Shown one piece after another: positions 1-11,223 of a stretch of DNA of 64,000 bases. Under the pieces are notes generated by a model. It was not told where the DNA came from. It made no database searches and worked only from the letters and a program-made list of their open reading frames with translations. Origin of the DNA: Yuukianura sp. NJ FZ-2021. Lineage: Eukaryota. The position numbers were made by a program, and so were the translations under genes. Within the stretch, counting starts at the first letter, position 1. Every line of letters begins with the position of its first letter. The DNA lies in assembly GCA_046563655.1 (NCBI GenBank), contig CM102289.1, positions 434,001 to 498,000 of the forward strand, written 5' to 3'.

Positions 1-1769
1 AATTCGGTGGAAAGCCATTCAAGCTTAAGACGTTTGATGAGCTGTGGAAACCAGACATCTTCATTGGTAACCCAGTTTCAACACTATTTTAACATGTTTT
101 AACCACACCTTAGTCTGTTGTAACCATATTTTAACTTATTTTGAGCATATTGTAACTTGTTTTACACATATTTTAACTTGTTGTAACCATATTGTAACTT
201 GCTCTCAACCATATTTTGAAGTATTTTGACCATATTTTAACTTGTTTTAAGCAAGTTTTCACTTGTTTTGAGCATATTTGAACTTGTTTAACCATATTTT
301 AACTTGTTTTAACCATATTTTAAGTTGTAAAAAGCATATTTTAACTTGGTTTTTATTTTAAGAACGAGTTGTGAAAATTCAAAGACCTGAAATTCTATCA
401 AGCGCTGTTTCAGTGAGATACATTAAGCAAACGTCCAGTGTTATTTACACTTCAAGGTGACCAAATTTCGGGAAAAAACGTTTTAATTTTAGTTTTAACG
501 TTTTAATTTTGAAATTTTTCAGAGCCTCGGTGAAAACAGAGTGTGGCATGGACTTTCAGTACTACCCAGCGGATACTCAGCATTGCACTATTGATATACG
601 CAGTTGTAAGGTTTATTTTGGTGTTTTTGAAAATAGTAGCAAATTTTGAAATTTTTTGAAAGATCAAAATGACGAAACAAAAATGAACTTGCGGTGGAAT
701 CCATCGCCTGGAGCATACCTGGTGGACACGGAGTCTGATGACAACTTTGACCTCATGCTAAGCTATGTGAAGCATAAGAGGAAGAAGGTCAAGGACATCA
801 GTTACAATGGTGAATTTTTGTTTTTCAAAATTTTGAAAAAAAATTTTGACTCTCAGTTTTTAATTTTATACTCCAGATGCCGTCTTTGATGTGCTTCAAA
901 TCCAACTGTCAATGCGTCGGCGCCTAACATATCACATTTTACAGGTACAAAAGTTTTGTATCTTGCAAAAAATTATGAAATTTTTAAATTTTCATTTTTT
1001 TTAATTTGAATTTTGCAGACTTACGTTCCTTCCACATTTTTGGTTTTCATCACGTGGTTGAGTTTTCTCATTCCAGAGGAACTCATTGAAGCAAGAATAG
1101 GTTAATTTTTTGAAAACACACAAAATTTGCCTAAAATCTCAACACTGCGTTTAAAAATTTCGACTTTTACAAAATTTCCCAGGAATATCTATGACGACTC
1201 TGTTAACATTGACTGCAATGTTTTCCGCTGTAAGAGAAAATACTCCTGTCGTCAGTTATGTCAAGTACGTCCAGCATTTTTATGTTTGAACAAAATTTTT
1301 TCAAAATCCAAAATTTTGAAAAAATTTTCATTTTTTCAGAGCTATTGACATCTGGATGGCATACTGCATTTTCGTAGTGTTCGGAACGCTACTGGAATTC
1401 GCCTTCTTCGTGTGGCTCCGCAACTACAAAATTGAAAAGCGGCAAAAGAAACTGGAAAATTTGGTTTGCGAAGTGCCGATGCAGGGGAGTGGCAAAAGTG
1501 GCGGCAGAAATTCGTTCAGCGAACCAATCGGAAGAGCTCGTCAGTCAATCAGCGAATTTTCCACAAAAGCTGCTGAAACTTTTGAACGAACCGCCAAACT
1601 CATCAACCAATTTGCATTTGGATTTTTTGTTGTCAATTTCATCATTTTCAACACCATTTATTGGACATGGCTTTTCGTGTTGTCGCAGCACAGTCAATGG
1701 GTTGTCAACCCAACGCTCAACGGACAACCCGAAGGTACCGACGACGATGGGTTTTTGCCCGAACTGTAA
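1..1769 (+). CDS. Cys-loop ligand-gated ion channel subunit (GABA/glycine/GluCl-like clade), 3' portion, multi-exon, 5' end outside window
   Basis: Hand-spliced translation gives ELWKPDIFI (loop A), Cys-loop CGMDFQYYPADTQHC (~543-587), RRLTYHILQTYVPSTFLVFITWLSFLI (TM1), EARIGISMTTLLTLTAMF (TM2), SYVKAIDIWMAYCIFVVFGTLLEFA (TM3) and TM4 FNTIYW; short GT-AG introns; stop at 1769. Confidence 0.9.
85..350. repeat. Intronic minisatellite of ~22-bp TTTTAACTTGTTTTAACCATA-like units
   Basis: Degenerate tandem copies visible directly in the first intron of the channel gene. Confidence 0.7.
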
Positions 1770-2230
1770 AACAATTTGGACTTACGAGGAGAGGCTCTCA
1801 ACCGTTTTTCAAAATATATTATGGGACTAGTCCCAAAAAAGTTCTTATAATTAAAGAAAAATTTTGACACTAGTTTCGTTTCATGAAGCGAAAAAAAAAA
1901 GTTAACCCGAGGTGGATTCGAACGCGGTGAAGCTTCAAGTTAAATGTTTTTTTTTTCTCAATTTTCAAGTTATTACTGGACAAACTTTCCAACTCAACTT
2001 TTTAACAAGCATAATTTAAATCTCACCTCACCTCACAAATCCTTACCACACATATTTAGCTTTACTGTGTATTACAAAATAATATAATCAATAGTGACCA
2101 TGTTAGATTGGTGAAAACCGGAATGAAATCGGTGCAGTAGTTTCCGAGATAATTGAGCTGGACAGACGGACAGACAGACATCAATCCGAACATAAAGTAT
2201 CTTTCGGTAAATAAGTTGAAAAAAATAAGT

Positions 2231-2708
2231 TTATTTTAGACAAACATCGCATGCCCCTACGCATGCCTCTTTGGTCCAGAAAATTCTGTCTTTTTGACTG
2301 TCGAATGGAACGCAGTTCTGCGCAAGCATCCAACTGCGTCGTCGTCCCTCCGTCGTCAGTGCGCAGCGTCGTCCAGTCCAGTTCCAAATTGTGTTGTTCG
2401 TTCCATCAGCATGGTCGGTCCAGTCGCCACAAGTGAATCTGTTAATCTTCTTACAGTTTGCTACACATTTTCAAAAAAAGTGAAAATTTTGAAATTCAAT
2501 TCGAAAAAGAAACGTTTTAACCTGGACATGGGTTTTGGGTGGTGGTGGTGGTGGGTGGGGTGGTAGTTGCACCGGTGTCGGCTGGTGGGGCTGCTGGGGC
2601 CTCAGTGGGTGCTGCTGGTGGTGGGTCTTGAGCCACCGTGGGTAAAAATATTCCTGTGTAGTCGAGTAATAAACAAATACCAATCACGATTAGCGGCAAC
2701 AACTTCAT
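2231..2708 (-). CDS. Small secreted protein: signal peptide, Pro/Ala/Thr linker and a Cys-rich Kunitz-like domain (2 exons)
   Basis: Exon 1 2708-2522 MKLLPLIVIGICLLL...TTTTTQNPCP; intron 2521-2461 (GT..AG); exon 2 2460-2231 open to TAA: ANCKKINRFTCGDW...IWNWTGRRC...QNC...RIFWTKEACVGACDVCLK, ending in a Kunitz-like FxTxxxCxxxC. Confidence 0.65.
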
Positions 2709-3151
2709 TTTTGGAAATAATTTCAAACTTTTGGAAATCCTCTTTTCGAAGTATAAACGTTTTGCAAACGAAAGATGCCGTCTGTTTAAATTTTTTTTTA
2801 CGCCAATTCCGTTTGACTCTGAAACAATGAATAGCACTTATTTTCTTAAAAGAAGTAAAGGTTAAGACTTCTATTGTTAAAAACAATGACGTGACTTCTG
2901 AGGTCACGTCCTTGAAGTCATCAAATTGCTAATTAAATAACTAATTTAATAGTTTTTGATGCCCATTTATGAAGCCAGAGTGACAGTGTTTGTGTGGTAT
3001 CTGTCAGTGAAACCTAAGAAATTAACATGTGAGTTTGAGTTGGCTGAAGGAATATGCATCTATTGTAACCACGGGAGGTATTAGACAAAGAATGTAATAA
3101 CAACAAACAACGCCTTAATTTTCCATTCAGTGGTTAAATAATACTAACCTC

Positions 3152-4258
3152 GGAACTCCTTTTGCAAACTCGCGAAGCTCATTTAATTGAGATAAAAATG
3201 TCAATTAACTCAGTTTTTTACGCTGATTACGAATCTGTAATTAGTTTTGGCCGCTCATTGCCCTAACTTAACCTAACCTAACTTTAACTAAAATGTGCCC
3301 CCATGTATGAGATAGGGAGAAGTGAGATGCCCAGAGCTGTTACTCTGAGTGAAGGTGAAATTCCCTATCTCTCCCATACAACCTTCGCGAGTTTGCAGAA
3401 GATAAGCCCTAACCTCAGTTGCATAATGGTTGCATGGCTATTAAGTGATTTTCAGCGGACAAATAGATAACTCCGCATACAATCAAGTTTTTGGACGAAC
3501 GAAAGTGAGTTTTGTTTGCAAAAAATTTGCAATATTCGGACTATCCACCACTTTCGAAAAAAGTGGATAAAATATTGGAACTCCTTTTGCAAACTCGCGA
3601 AGCTCATTTAATTGAGATAAAAATGTCAATTAACTCAGTTTTTTACGCTGATTACGAATCTGTAATTAGTTTTGGCCGCTCATTGCCCTAACTTAACCTA
3701 ACCTAACTTTAACTAAAATGTGCCCCCATGTATGAGATAGGGAGAAGTGAGATGCCCAGAGCTGTTACTCTGAGTGAAGGTGAAATTCCCTATCTCTCCC
3801 ATACAACCTTCGCGAGTTTGCAGAAGATAAGCCCTAACCTCAGTTGCATAATGGTTGCATGGCTATTAAGTGATTTTCAGCGGACAAATAGATAACTCCG
3901 CATACAATCAAGTTTTTGGACGAACGAAAGTGAGTTTTGTTTGCAAAAAATTTGCAATATTCGGACTATCCACCACTTTCGAAAAAAGTGGATAAAATAT
4001 TGGAACTCCTTTTGCAAACTCGCGAAGCTCATTTAATTGAGATAAAAATGTCAATTAACTCAGTTTTTTACGCTGATTACGAATCTGTAATTAGTTTTGG
4101 CCGCTCATTGCCCTAACTTAACCTAACCTAACTTTAACTAAAATGTGCCCCCATGTATGAGATAGGGAGAAGTGAGATGCCCAGAGCTGTTACTCTGAGT
4201 GAAGGTGAAATTCCCTATCTCTCCCATACAACCTTCGCGAGTTTGCAGAAGATAAGCC
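3152..4258. mobile_element. Three copies of a 257-bp MITE forming a 425-bp-period tandem array
   Basis: Units start at 3152, 3577 and 4002; subterminal inverted repeats TGCAAACTCGCGAAG / CTTCGCGAGTTTGCA; 8-bp flanking duplications CTAACCTC (3144-3151/3409-3416) and AAAATATT (3994-4001/4259-4266). Confidence 0.8.
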
Positions 4259-4845
4259 AAAATATTTCATGCATCCAGCAAAGTTACACATATGCCACAA
4301 GTGGTTGCACTGCTTGGTTACAATGAATGCTATTTAGGATTACTTCAACCCGGTTTGTTTATATAAATCAAATAAATTAAGTTTTTGACACTCGAATCTC
4401 GAATGTCCAGCAAGTTACTGATTCCACCATTCCAGAATCCAGAAGAGACAAAAAAGGTGACCTTGACCACCATACCACGATTGAACAGTGTGATTTTTTA
4501 TGCTTTTTTCTACCGTTGCCATCGTGCCGGATTACAGCAGCAGGACTTTGACATCTCACTTCTCACTTGTTGATCTCTCTCTCTGTAGAGTTTTTTGTAT
4601 ATTCGATAGACGGTAAGCCACATGAAGAAGCTTTTCATAGACAATAATTAATTACTTCATCGGTTGGTATCTTGTCATTTTATTCCAGTGTTCTTCCATT
4701 TATTAGATCCCGAACCCGATCCTGAGTTTCCGTCCGCAGCACTTTCCATTTGCATGTAAGTAAACTTCCTAAAAACTGAAGTTCAGTTAGATTCGTTAAT
4801 CGTTAATTGGGGTTTTCCTTCTGATTTTGTTTGATTTAGTGCACA

Positions 4846-7800
4846 ATGAAGCTGAAGGCGATTGACAATGTGCGGGACGTCCTTACTACGATAATGCAGT
4901 CGAGGATAATGGTAATGGACGGAGCAATGGGAACAATGATACAGAGACATCGGCTGGAAGAAACGGATTTCCGTGGAACACGATTCCAGAATCATCACAA
5001 ACCACTCAAAGGCAACAACGATCTGCTCTCAATTACTCAACCAGAGATCATCATCGGAATTCACAAGGTTCAATTTCGTAGACAAAGTTCGCACATTGAC
5101 ATTATTGATTGAGAAAAGGAAACAACTTTGTGTTACTTTTTAGGAATACCTTGAGGCTGGTGCGGACATTATTGAAACGAATACTTTCAGTGGAACGTCT
5201 ATAGCACAAGGAGACTATGGCACCGAGGATTTGGCATATGAACTTAACTTTGAATCTGCAAAATTAGCTAGAATAGCAGTCCAACGATATGCCGAGGCGG
5301 GAGGTGTGGAGATGAAGTATGTTGCTGGTGCTCTGGGGCCAACAAATCGAACGTTGTCCATTTCTCCCTCAGTGGAGAAGCCCCATTTCCGGAATGTCAG
5401 TAAGTACTGATCAGAACTTTCATGAACATTTTCATTATTTTCATTTTTTTTTCATATTTTTTAGCATTTGATGAGTTGGTGAGTGCCTACAAGGAGCAAG
5501 TGAAGGGACTACTTGATGGCGGAGTGGACATTCTGCTAGTAGAAACCATTTTCGACACTGCCAATGCAAAGGCAGCACTGTTTGCTATCCAACAGCTGAC
5601 AGAGGAGGAAGGATATCCAGAACGTCCAATCATGGTATGAAAATGTTAATTAAATCGTTGCGAAAGTTCGTACCCTATTTATCGGCGTATAACACGCACT
5701 GAAATATCATTTGCTTTCTTCGTAATTTCTTCGGTTCGGTTATGCTTTCTTATTTAGATTTCTGGGACGATTGTTGACAAAAGTGGAAGAACGTTATCGG
5801 GACAGACTGGAGATGCTTTCGTCATCAGCGTATCTCATGCAAATCCTCTCTGGTAAAGTAACACCTTTAACTACTCCTTCGGCAGGTAATCAATTAATCA
5901 ATTAATAACTAAAGTACTTTGTATTTTTGTAGCTTGGGACTCAACTGTGCCCTGGGAGCAGAGGAAATGCGTCCATTCATAGAACGTATCGGACAAATGA
6001 CAAACGCTTTCGTCATTTGCTATCCAAATGCAGGTAAAAGAGCTATAAAATTGTTGTAATAAAATAGTAAGGAAATTATGAAAATCTGAAAAAATCTTGA
6101 AAATCTTTTTGAACTTGAATTTCTAGGTCTTCCGAACACTTTTGGTGAGTATGACCAAAGTCCTGAGTTGATGGCAGCGAAGTTGCGTGAGTTCGCGAAA
6201 GATGGACTCATCAACCTCGTTGGAGGATGCTGCGGAACTACTCCGCAGCACATCAAGGCCATTGCCTCCGCCGTGTCCGATTGTTGTCCAAGACGTCGCA
6301 GTCCACTGCCTTTGTTTCAAGATCATTTGCTCCTGTCTGGTCTCGAACCCATGCGAATCGGAAAAGAAACTAACTTTGTCAACATTGGAGAAAGATGTAA
6401 CGTCGCTGGATCTCGTCTCTTCTGTCGGCTCATCAAAGAAGACAAATACGATGTAAATATTTTCACTTCCTCACTAACATGTCGCAATTTGATTTGTGTT
6501 GTTTGATTGGTTGTTTTCAGGAAGCACTTGCAATTGCTAAAAAGCAAGTTGAAAACGGAGCACAAGTTCTGGATATCAACATGGACGAGGGAATGCTGGA
6601 CGGTGTGACGGCAATGTCGCGATTTGTGAACTTAATTTCCTCGGAACCAGAGATCTGTCGTGTCCCTCTATGCATTGATTCGTCCAATTTTGAAGTGATT
6701 CTGGCAGGACTCAAGTGTAACCAAGGGAAATCAATCGTCAATTCGATTTCACTCAAGGAAGGACAAGACGACTTTGTCAAAAAAGCTACGCTGATCAAGC
6801 GATTCGGTGCAGCAGTTGTCGTGATGGCATTTGATGAAGAAGGACAGGTAAAAATGACGATGCAAAAATTCTTTTTTCAAAAAAGTTTTGAAGTTTTCTG
6901 TTAGTTTTAACTGTATTTTTGTGTTTAGGCGACAGAAGTGGACAGGAAAGTAGAGATTTGTGAAAGATCGTTTAAAATCCTAGTGAATGATGTTGGATTC
7001 AACCCTAATGATGTGATCTTCGACCCGAACATTCTCACACTTGGAACTGGAATGGAAGAACACAATGAATATGGAAAGAACTTCATCATTGCCACTTCGC
7101 TTATTAAAGAAAAGTGTCCAGGATGTCGAATTAGCGGCGGGGTTTCAAATATTTCCTTTTCCTTTCGTGGTAACGAAGCTGTGAGAGAAGCAATGCATTC
7201 CGTCTTCCTGTTTCACGCTATCAAGGTAAGTAAGTAAGCTTGATAAGTTGGAACACGATAGCTCAATGGTTACAGCTCTCCCGTATTGAAGAGATGTGGG
7301 TTCGAGTCCCACTCGGAGCTTTATTGTATTTCTGACCTGCAAGTGTTGCTAAATGTAAAAGTATCTGATTTTTTTTTGTCACACCAAAGGCAGGTATGGA
7401 TATGGGTATCGTCAATGCCGGAAACTTGCTAGTCTACAGTGACATTGAGCCTGAACTTCTCGGTCTCTGCGAATCCATTATCTGGAACACCGATCCGGGA
7501 GTAAGTGTGGCTAGACTAATTATTTTTTGTGATTAATCACTAACTAAAAACTTCTTTAGTAATTCCTCAGTTTCTGTTTTCTGATTTTTTGTTTTTGCGT
7601 TAGGCGACTGAAAAATTGCTTGAATATGCTCAAACTCGTGGCAAAGGAGAGAAGAAAGAAGAAAAAGAAGAGCAGTGGCGATCGCTTGATGTCAAGAAAC
7701 GTTTAGCCTACGCTTTGGTGAAGGTATGACTAAAACTTTTGTGTCTAAAACTTTATAAATGGAGATGGTTGGACGATCAGCTGATTTCGTTTATGTTGAA

Positions 7801-10608
7801 GGGCATTGACAAGTATGTGATTGAAGACACGGAAGAAGCTAGGCAGTTGTTTGATCATCCGCTGAGTGTCATCGAAGGGCCTCTGATGAACGGAATGGGA
7901 GAAGTCGGTGAACTTTTCGGTTCTGGGAAGATGTTTTTGCCGCAAGTGATCAAAAGTGCGCGAGTGATGAAGAAGGCAGTGGCTTACTTGATTCCATTTA
8001 TCGAAGCGGCCAATAAAATACTGGAAGTAGAGGCAGCCGTTCTGCCCACCGTTGTCCTGGCGACGGTCAAAGGAGATGTGCATGACATTGGAAAAAATAT
8101 TGTTGCTGTGGTACTTGGATGCAACAATTACCGAGTCATTGACCTGGGTGTCATGTGCCCAACTGACAAGATTCTCAAAACGGCCATGGAAGAAAAAGCA
8201 GGTAACATCTCCGGCTTTTGACTTTTTACACGACTTTTTACTTTTCACTTTTGACATTTGAAGATTTTAGAAAATTACGTTCTAAAAACGTTTTTTTTTG
8301 TTCAGATATCATTGGATTATCGGGACTGATCACTCCGTCGCTGGAGGAAATGATTCATGTCGCCAAGGAAATGGAGCGACTGGATTTTAAACTCCCGCTT
8401 CTGATTGGTGGAGCTACAACTTCGAAGCAGCATACAGCTGTCAAGATTGCACCGAAGTATAATCAGCCAGTAGTTCATGTGCTGGATGCTTCCAAAAGTG
8501 TGCTGGTGTGTTCTGCTCTACTGGATGAGAAAAACAGACAGACTTTCATGGAAGAAGTGGCAGAGGAGTACGAAGAGATCCGGGAAGATCACTATGACAA
8601 TCTCCGAGATAGGAAGTATCTGTCAATCGAGGAGGCTAGAAAGCAAAGACTGAAGTTGGACTGGACAACTTACATTCCGAGTAACACAAAAAAGTCTTTG
8701 ATTGAAAAAAAAAACATTTTTTTTTCTCATTTGTCATTTGTTTCAAAATTTCGAAATTTGCTTTATTTCAGCTGTTCCGACATTCCTAGGAAAGCGGGTA
8801 TTTAGAAACTTTGATCTAAAAAGGCTTCGAGACAGGATCGACTGGAAGCCATTTTTCGACGTATGGCAGTTGCGTGGCAAGTATCCAAACAGAGGCTATC
8901 CAAAACTGTTCAACGATCCAGCAATTGGTAAGAGTACTTCTCCAGCATCAGTAGTTTTACAAAGGCAGCTGACTAGTGACTCAAAGTGTCAAATACTTGC
9001 TAATGCTTGTCCAATACTAATACTTTTAGGTTCCGAGGCGAAGCGAGTTTTTGACGATGCCCAGAAGATGCTGGATGAAATTATTTGTACTGGAGCTTTA
9101 GAAGCGAGGGAGTCGTTGGATTTTTTCCAGCCAATAGCGATGGAGATGACATCCTGTTGTGGAATCCAGACGCTGGACTTGGAGAAGGACAAAACCCGAA
9201 AGCAGTGCTGCACGGATTGAGACAACAAGTAAGCAACTGTGCTTTAACATAAGCTGAATCTGGTAAGTAATTAAGTAATTACTTTGAATTACTTTGTATT
9301 TGTAATTACTTAGTAATTAAAATTATTTCAACAGGCCGAGAAAGAAATGAAGGAGGAAGCCTACTTGTGTCTCTCAGATTTCGTTCCGCCGGTGAACTCT
9401 GGATTGACTGACTACGTCGGAGTGTTTGCCGTGTCGGCTGGTTTTGGAAGCGACCAATTGGTCAAAAGGTGAAATTTTGAAAAGTTTCGTTTTTCAAAAT
9501 TTTGAAAAAGGGTTTATGAAAAATGTGCGCTGTTGTTGCAGATACGAAGATGAGATAGATGACTACTCCGTGATTATGGCGAAGGCTCTGGCAGATCGTT
9601 TAGCAGAAGCGTTTGCTGAGGAACTGCACTTGGTCGTCCGAAAAGAACTTTGGGCTTACGACAAAAGTGAATTTCTAGCTCCAGAAGATCTTTTTAGCAT
9701 CAAGTATCAAGTAAGGAATTCAACTTTAAAAAAAGTTTACATACACTTTTTAGAAAAAGGAGTTTACTGAAGATTTGTTTTGTGAAAATCAGGGAATTCG
9801 CCCTGCGCCAGGATATCCAAGCCAACCGGACCACACTGAGAAGGAGTTAATGTGGTCACTTTTGGACATCGAAGGAGAGACGGGCATTCGACTCACGGAG
9901 TCATTGGCCATGGACCCTCCAGCATCCGTGTGCGGTCTCTACTTCCAGCATCCCAAATCAGCCTATTTTGCTCTCGGAAAAATACAACGGGATCAAGTAA
10001 CTTTTCATTCAAATTCAAAATCATAGTACTTACGAGGATGCTTTTTCATGTGATCTCGAAATTTCGAATTTGAAAATTACAGTCATATTCTACATGTGAA
10101 TAGAAGATTTTCTGCAGTAGTTTCGGTTGCGAATGCCAAAAAAAAATATACCTCGACCTGGAGTCGAGCCCTTGTCCCAGCTCCAAAATAATGAGAAAAA
10201 ATATTTTTTATATCGAATTCTTCAACACAAAACGTATTTCGAATGTTATATGACATACTGTGGGCGTTTTTTTTTATTGAGGAATTAAGCATAAAAATAT
10301 TCTTTCCCATTATTTTGGAACGGGGACATGGGTTCGAGTCCAGTTCGGGGTATATTTTTTTGGCAACCGAAACTAACTGCGGAAAATCTTCTATTCACAT
10401 GTAGAATATGACTGTAATTTTCAAATTCCAAATTTCGAGATCACACGAAAAAGCATGCCTCGTTAGTTGTTTTTTGGTGGGAGTTTTTGAATTAATGGAT
10501 TCTGATGTTTGTTAGGTCAAAGACTACGCCATGAGGAAGAGTGTGGACGTGGACAAGGTTGAGAAGTGGCTGGCCATCAACTTGGCTTACGAACAAGATC
10601 AACAGTGA
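4846..10608 (+). CDS. MTR: Cobalamin-dependent methionine synthase (about 18 coding exons; apparent 1-bp frameshift at ~9108-9110)
   Basis: [42 protein letters not shown] (Zn-binding), [11 protein letters not shown] (pterin domain), [13 protein letters not shown] (B12-binding DxHxxG), [27 protein letters not shown]; stop TGA at 10606-10608. Confidence 0.97.
7257..7318 (+). other. tRNA-like (A-box/B-box) fragment in an MTR intron, probably SINE- or repeat-derived
   Basis: TAGCTCAATGG ... GGTTCGAGTCCC; no convincing full cloverleaf. Confidence 0.35.
10028..10467. mobile_element. Foldback MITE (~440 bp, ~200-bp imperfect inverted arms) in the last MTR intron
   Basis: ACGAGGATGCTTTTTCATGTGATCTCGAAATTT... 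is the reverse complement of ...AAATTTCGAGATCACACGAAAAGCATGCCTCGT; an arm contains a B-box-like GGTTCGAGTCC. Confidence 0.8.
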
Positions 10609-11223
10609 GAGAAGCCTTAATAAATTAATACTGCCACTAAATTCCAATTGTACTAGCAACAAGAATTTGTAAATTCTAAGAACAATTTGTAAACGCGGGT
10701 AATTTCAGTGTGAAATAAAAGCTAAAACATACATTTTTGAACTGTTTCCATTAAAATCCAAGTGTGATGATAGATTTAAAACTTGAAAGCCGTTGGAAAT
10801 TGGAACTTTACAAACCAAGGTATCAATAGCGGCAACCGGAGTGTCTTCGTTCGGTCAAAGTCAGTTTATTTTTTTTTAACTAAAACTGAATTAATAGTGT
10901 TGACATTTCGTGCAGGACAGACCTTTATCAATAGTGTTTATGAGGGCGTGAAGAAGTAGTGTTAGGTTTTAGCTCATCCAACACGAATGCTTTAAACAAA
11001 TTAGTAATTTTTAGTAAAAGTTCGTGGACTTTTCGTTTCGCATTTTTCTTGTGGAAGCTGGACCGACTCCTACTTCTACTTGTACAATTCTTCGCAATAA
11101 ACACAGAAGGTAAGCTAAACCTTGTTTTAGAGCTAAACCTTGTTTGTTTTAGAGTTTTAAACCTTGTTTCAGGTTTTCTGGATTCGGTTACTATACGATT
11201 CCAAAAACCATCTCATCAGAACC

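Noticed and set aside
1895..2215. Helentron/DINE-like non-autonomous element (GACA microsatellite, GAAATCGG motif)
   Set aside because: Suggestive, but boundaries cannot be defined from a single copy
7257..7318. Functional tRNA gene
   Set aside because: A- and B-box-like motifs only; no proper acceptor or anticodon stems
7745..8257. Antisense ORFs over MTR, and similar ones over Pao, Maverick and laccase genes
   Set aside because: Shadow frames of real coding sequence with no independent support
4846..10608. Bacterial metH contamination or recent horizontal transfer
   Set aside because: Many spliceosomal introns and animal-type neighbouring genes
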